A DNA stretch of 59,523 nt, filler included. It is 4 parts of 4 records of this genome, joined end to end, with 100 filler letters (N's around TTAATTAATTAA, not from the genome) between each part and the next. Parts side by side here need not be neighbours in the genome. Positions count along the whole stretch, not along the records: positions 45,327 to 59,523 come from SRR31156797_14247; 3 more parts are not named here. One strand, given 5' to 3'. Below the pieces are notes generated by a model. That model was not told where the DNA came from, ran no database searches, and worked only from the letters and a program-made list of their open reading frames with translations. Below, one piece after another: positions 57,865 through 59,523 of the stretch (positions are counted from its first letter, which is position 1; each line of letters begins with the position of its first letter). A program made the position numbers and the translations under genes.

Positions 57865-58206
57865 TTACTTGTTTTGTTCTGCAATGTAATCATTTTTGAT
57901 ACAAAACTCACACTGCGTAATATCCTCATAATTAATCTTTGAGAGTTCTAAATCCTTGAACTCTTCTTGTATTATTTTAATAGCTTCCTCATCTGCAGAA
58001 TAAATAATTGACTTCCCGTCAATATTTCCAACTACAACATTTTTGGTTTTTGATAGTACTCTATTAAGACTATCTTCCCAATATTTTAGAATCTCCTCAT
58101 TATCTTCTAGTTCATCATATCTAATATCATACCGAAGACATAAATCTGGTAAAAGACTACATGTTCTTTTATCATAAAAATCAATTGTTATTCCTTGAAG
58201 TTCCAT
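57865..58206 (-). CDS. Hypothetical protein
   Basis: 113 aa, AAGGAG RBS, C-terminal CEFC. Confidence 0.75.
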   Translation of the reverse strand: MELQGITIDFYDKRTCSLLPDLCLRYDIRYDELEDNEEILKYWEDSLNRVLSKTKNVVVGNIDGKSIIYSADEEAIKIIQEEFKDLELSKINYEDITQCEFCIKNDYIAEQNK

Positions 58207-58317
58207 AATAAACTCCTTTTTTGAATTGCTTATTCTAAATTTTATTACTAGAAATCTTAATAATATAATTTATTACAAACTAGTCAATTATTTTAAGTTT
58301 TACAATCACTTATAATA

Positions 58318-58617
58318 TTAATTATTTTCTTTTATATCTTCTATTTTCTCTTCAGCTTTTTCTGATGTCTCTTCAACAACATCTTCACCTTTGTCTACAA
58401 CATCTTCTGCTTTATCTTCAACTTCATCAGTGATACTATCATTTACACCTACAACATCTTCTGCTTCATCAACTACATCCTCTGCATTATCTGAAACATC
58501 CTCTACTTTATCACTAACAGTCTCTTTTACACTATTTATATTTTCTTTAACTTCTGAACTTTCGCATCCTTGAAAAATAAAAAAAACAAATGGAATTAGT
58601 AGTAATAATTTTTTCAA
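58318..58617 (-). CDS. Small acidic lipoprotein with heptad repeats
   Basis: Lipobox FQGC; repeated AEDVV/VEDK units; AAGGAG RBS. Confidence 0.8.
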   Translation of the reverse strand: MKKLLLLIPFVFFIFQGCESSEVKENINSVKETVSDKVEDVSDNAEDVVDEAEDVVGVNDSITDEVEDKAEDVVDKGEDVVEETSEKAEEKIEDIKENN

Positions 58618-58800
58618 AACGACTCCTTTTTTTGTAAGATTACTCTAAAGTAACATAATTATCTTAAGTGACAATTAAAAAAATAACCACCATATATATT
58701 AAAATAAATAATAAATTTTTAGTAAGTAAAATTAGCAAAAAATGACTTGGTGTATTAAAGTTTTATTTTAATATAATTCAATAAAAATTTAGGAAATATA

Positions 58801-59091
58801 ATGGCTAACAATAACAGTGGATTTTTAATAAGAGCTGACCAACACATAGCTTTAGCAAATGATCAAATGGATGAAACAACTACACAAGGTGAAGTAAGTG
58901 CCTCATTGATGTATGCTGCTGCTAGATTTAATGCATGGATGGCATCAACATCTTTCGAATCAAAAGAGGCAATGCAAGAAGAAAAAGCAAAGATTTTAGA
59001 ATACTTTACAGAGCAATACAAACTTGCACTTAGTGAAAACATTGATAATCATATAGAAAGTTACGACTTTAGTAAAAACGACATAAAATAA
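58801..59091 (+). CDS. DUF3144-like protein
   Basis: RADQHIALAN..VSASLMYAAARFNAW. Confidence 0.8.
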   Translation: MANNNSGFLIRADQHIALANDQMDETTTQGEVSASLMYAAARFNAWMASTSFESKEAMQEEKAKILEYFTEQYKLALSENIDNHIESYDFSKNDIK

Positions 59092-59126
59092 TTTTAAAAA
59101 AAGTGTTATAAAAGCAATAACACTTT

Positions 59127-59501
59127 TTAAATCAAAGATGAAGTATTTGCTTTTTGATTGTTTTTTACAAGAGAATACAAAATATTTTGTTCTTGTTTTG
59201 TAATAACTTCACTTTTAAATAACTCACCTAAAATTGCAGTTGGCGTTCGTTCAAGTTTAGTTGCAATAGCTTGGATATTTGTACCCTTTTTAAATAAGCT
59301 TTTTAGTTTGATTTTATCTTCTAAACTCCACTTTAAACCACTTTTTTTGGCTTTACCTTTTTCTAGGTTTTTAGTTTCTCGTATTTGTTCTATCTCATCT
59401 TTATCCATTTTTGATAAAACAACTTTATCATCACTATCTTCAAACTCATCTTTTATAGAAGCTATTTTATTATCAATGATTTTTTCAGTTTTAGAACTCA
59501 T
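59127..59501 (-). CDS. Hypothetical protein with HTH-like segment
   Basis: KWSLEDKIKL..IATKLERTPTAI. Confidence 0.65.
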   Translation of the reverse strand: MSSKTEKIIDNKIASIKDEFEDSDDKVVLSKMDKDEIEQIRETKNLEKGKAKKSGLKWSLEDKIKLKSLFKKGTNIQAIATKLERTPTAILGELFKSEVITKQEQNILYSLVKNNQKANTSSLI

Positions 59502-59523
59502 AAGATAATGGAAGTTTTCACTA

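Noticed and set aside
58318-58560. Repeated ACATCTTCTGC-like units resembling a short array
   Set aside because: They are codons of the AEDVV repeats in the lipoprotein, not CRISPR; no CRISPR array or cas gene was seen in the window.

Overview
This window is not one locus. It is four contigs joined by 100-nt artificial linkers (N-run/TTAATTAATTAA/N-run at 14247-14346, 33076-33175 and 45227-45326). Contig 1 (1-14246; AT-rich, Arcobacteraceae/Campylobacterota-like) is an anaerobic/nitrogen-oxide module. It carries mobB-moaCDE, an operon of tetraheme cytochrome c, NrfC-like, NrfD-like and octaheme HAO-family proteins, a kinase-less NarX-type sensor, two Crp/Fnr regulators, a class III RNR whose glycyl-radical tail is a separate 56-aa gene, cytochrome c553 and the end of hcp. 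Six TTGA-N6-TCAA-type boxes each sit exactly 22 nt from a -10 hexamer, and one of them drives an unannotated ~85-nt hairpin RNA with an anti-Shine-Dalgarno loop. Contig 2 (14347-33075; higher GC, Desulfobacterota-like) has two divergent RND efflux systems, a DMT transporter, a transglutaminase-like protein and a methyltransferase. It also has a minimal 1907-bp large-serine-recombinase element inserted in yjbQ that carries its own synonymous-diverged replacement of the yjbQ 3' part, and an AT-rich operon of SSS-family transporter, 2-TM protein and tRNA-dependent cyclodipeptide synthase. Contig 3 (33176-45226; Arcobacter-like) holds a complete quinohemoprotein amine dehydrogenase cluster (qhpADCBFEG) with a divergent porin and AraC regulator. 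Contig 4 (45327-59523) is ordinary Arcobacter-like housekeeping. Best novelty candidates are the yjbQ allele-swapping minimal integrative element, the Fnr/Nss-activated sRNA and the CDPS/2-TM/SSS operon. Taxonomic and family calls come from motif recognition by eye; no database search was run.
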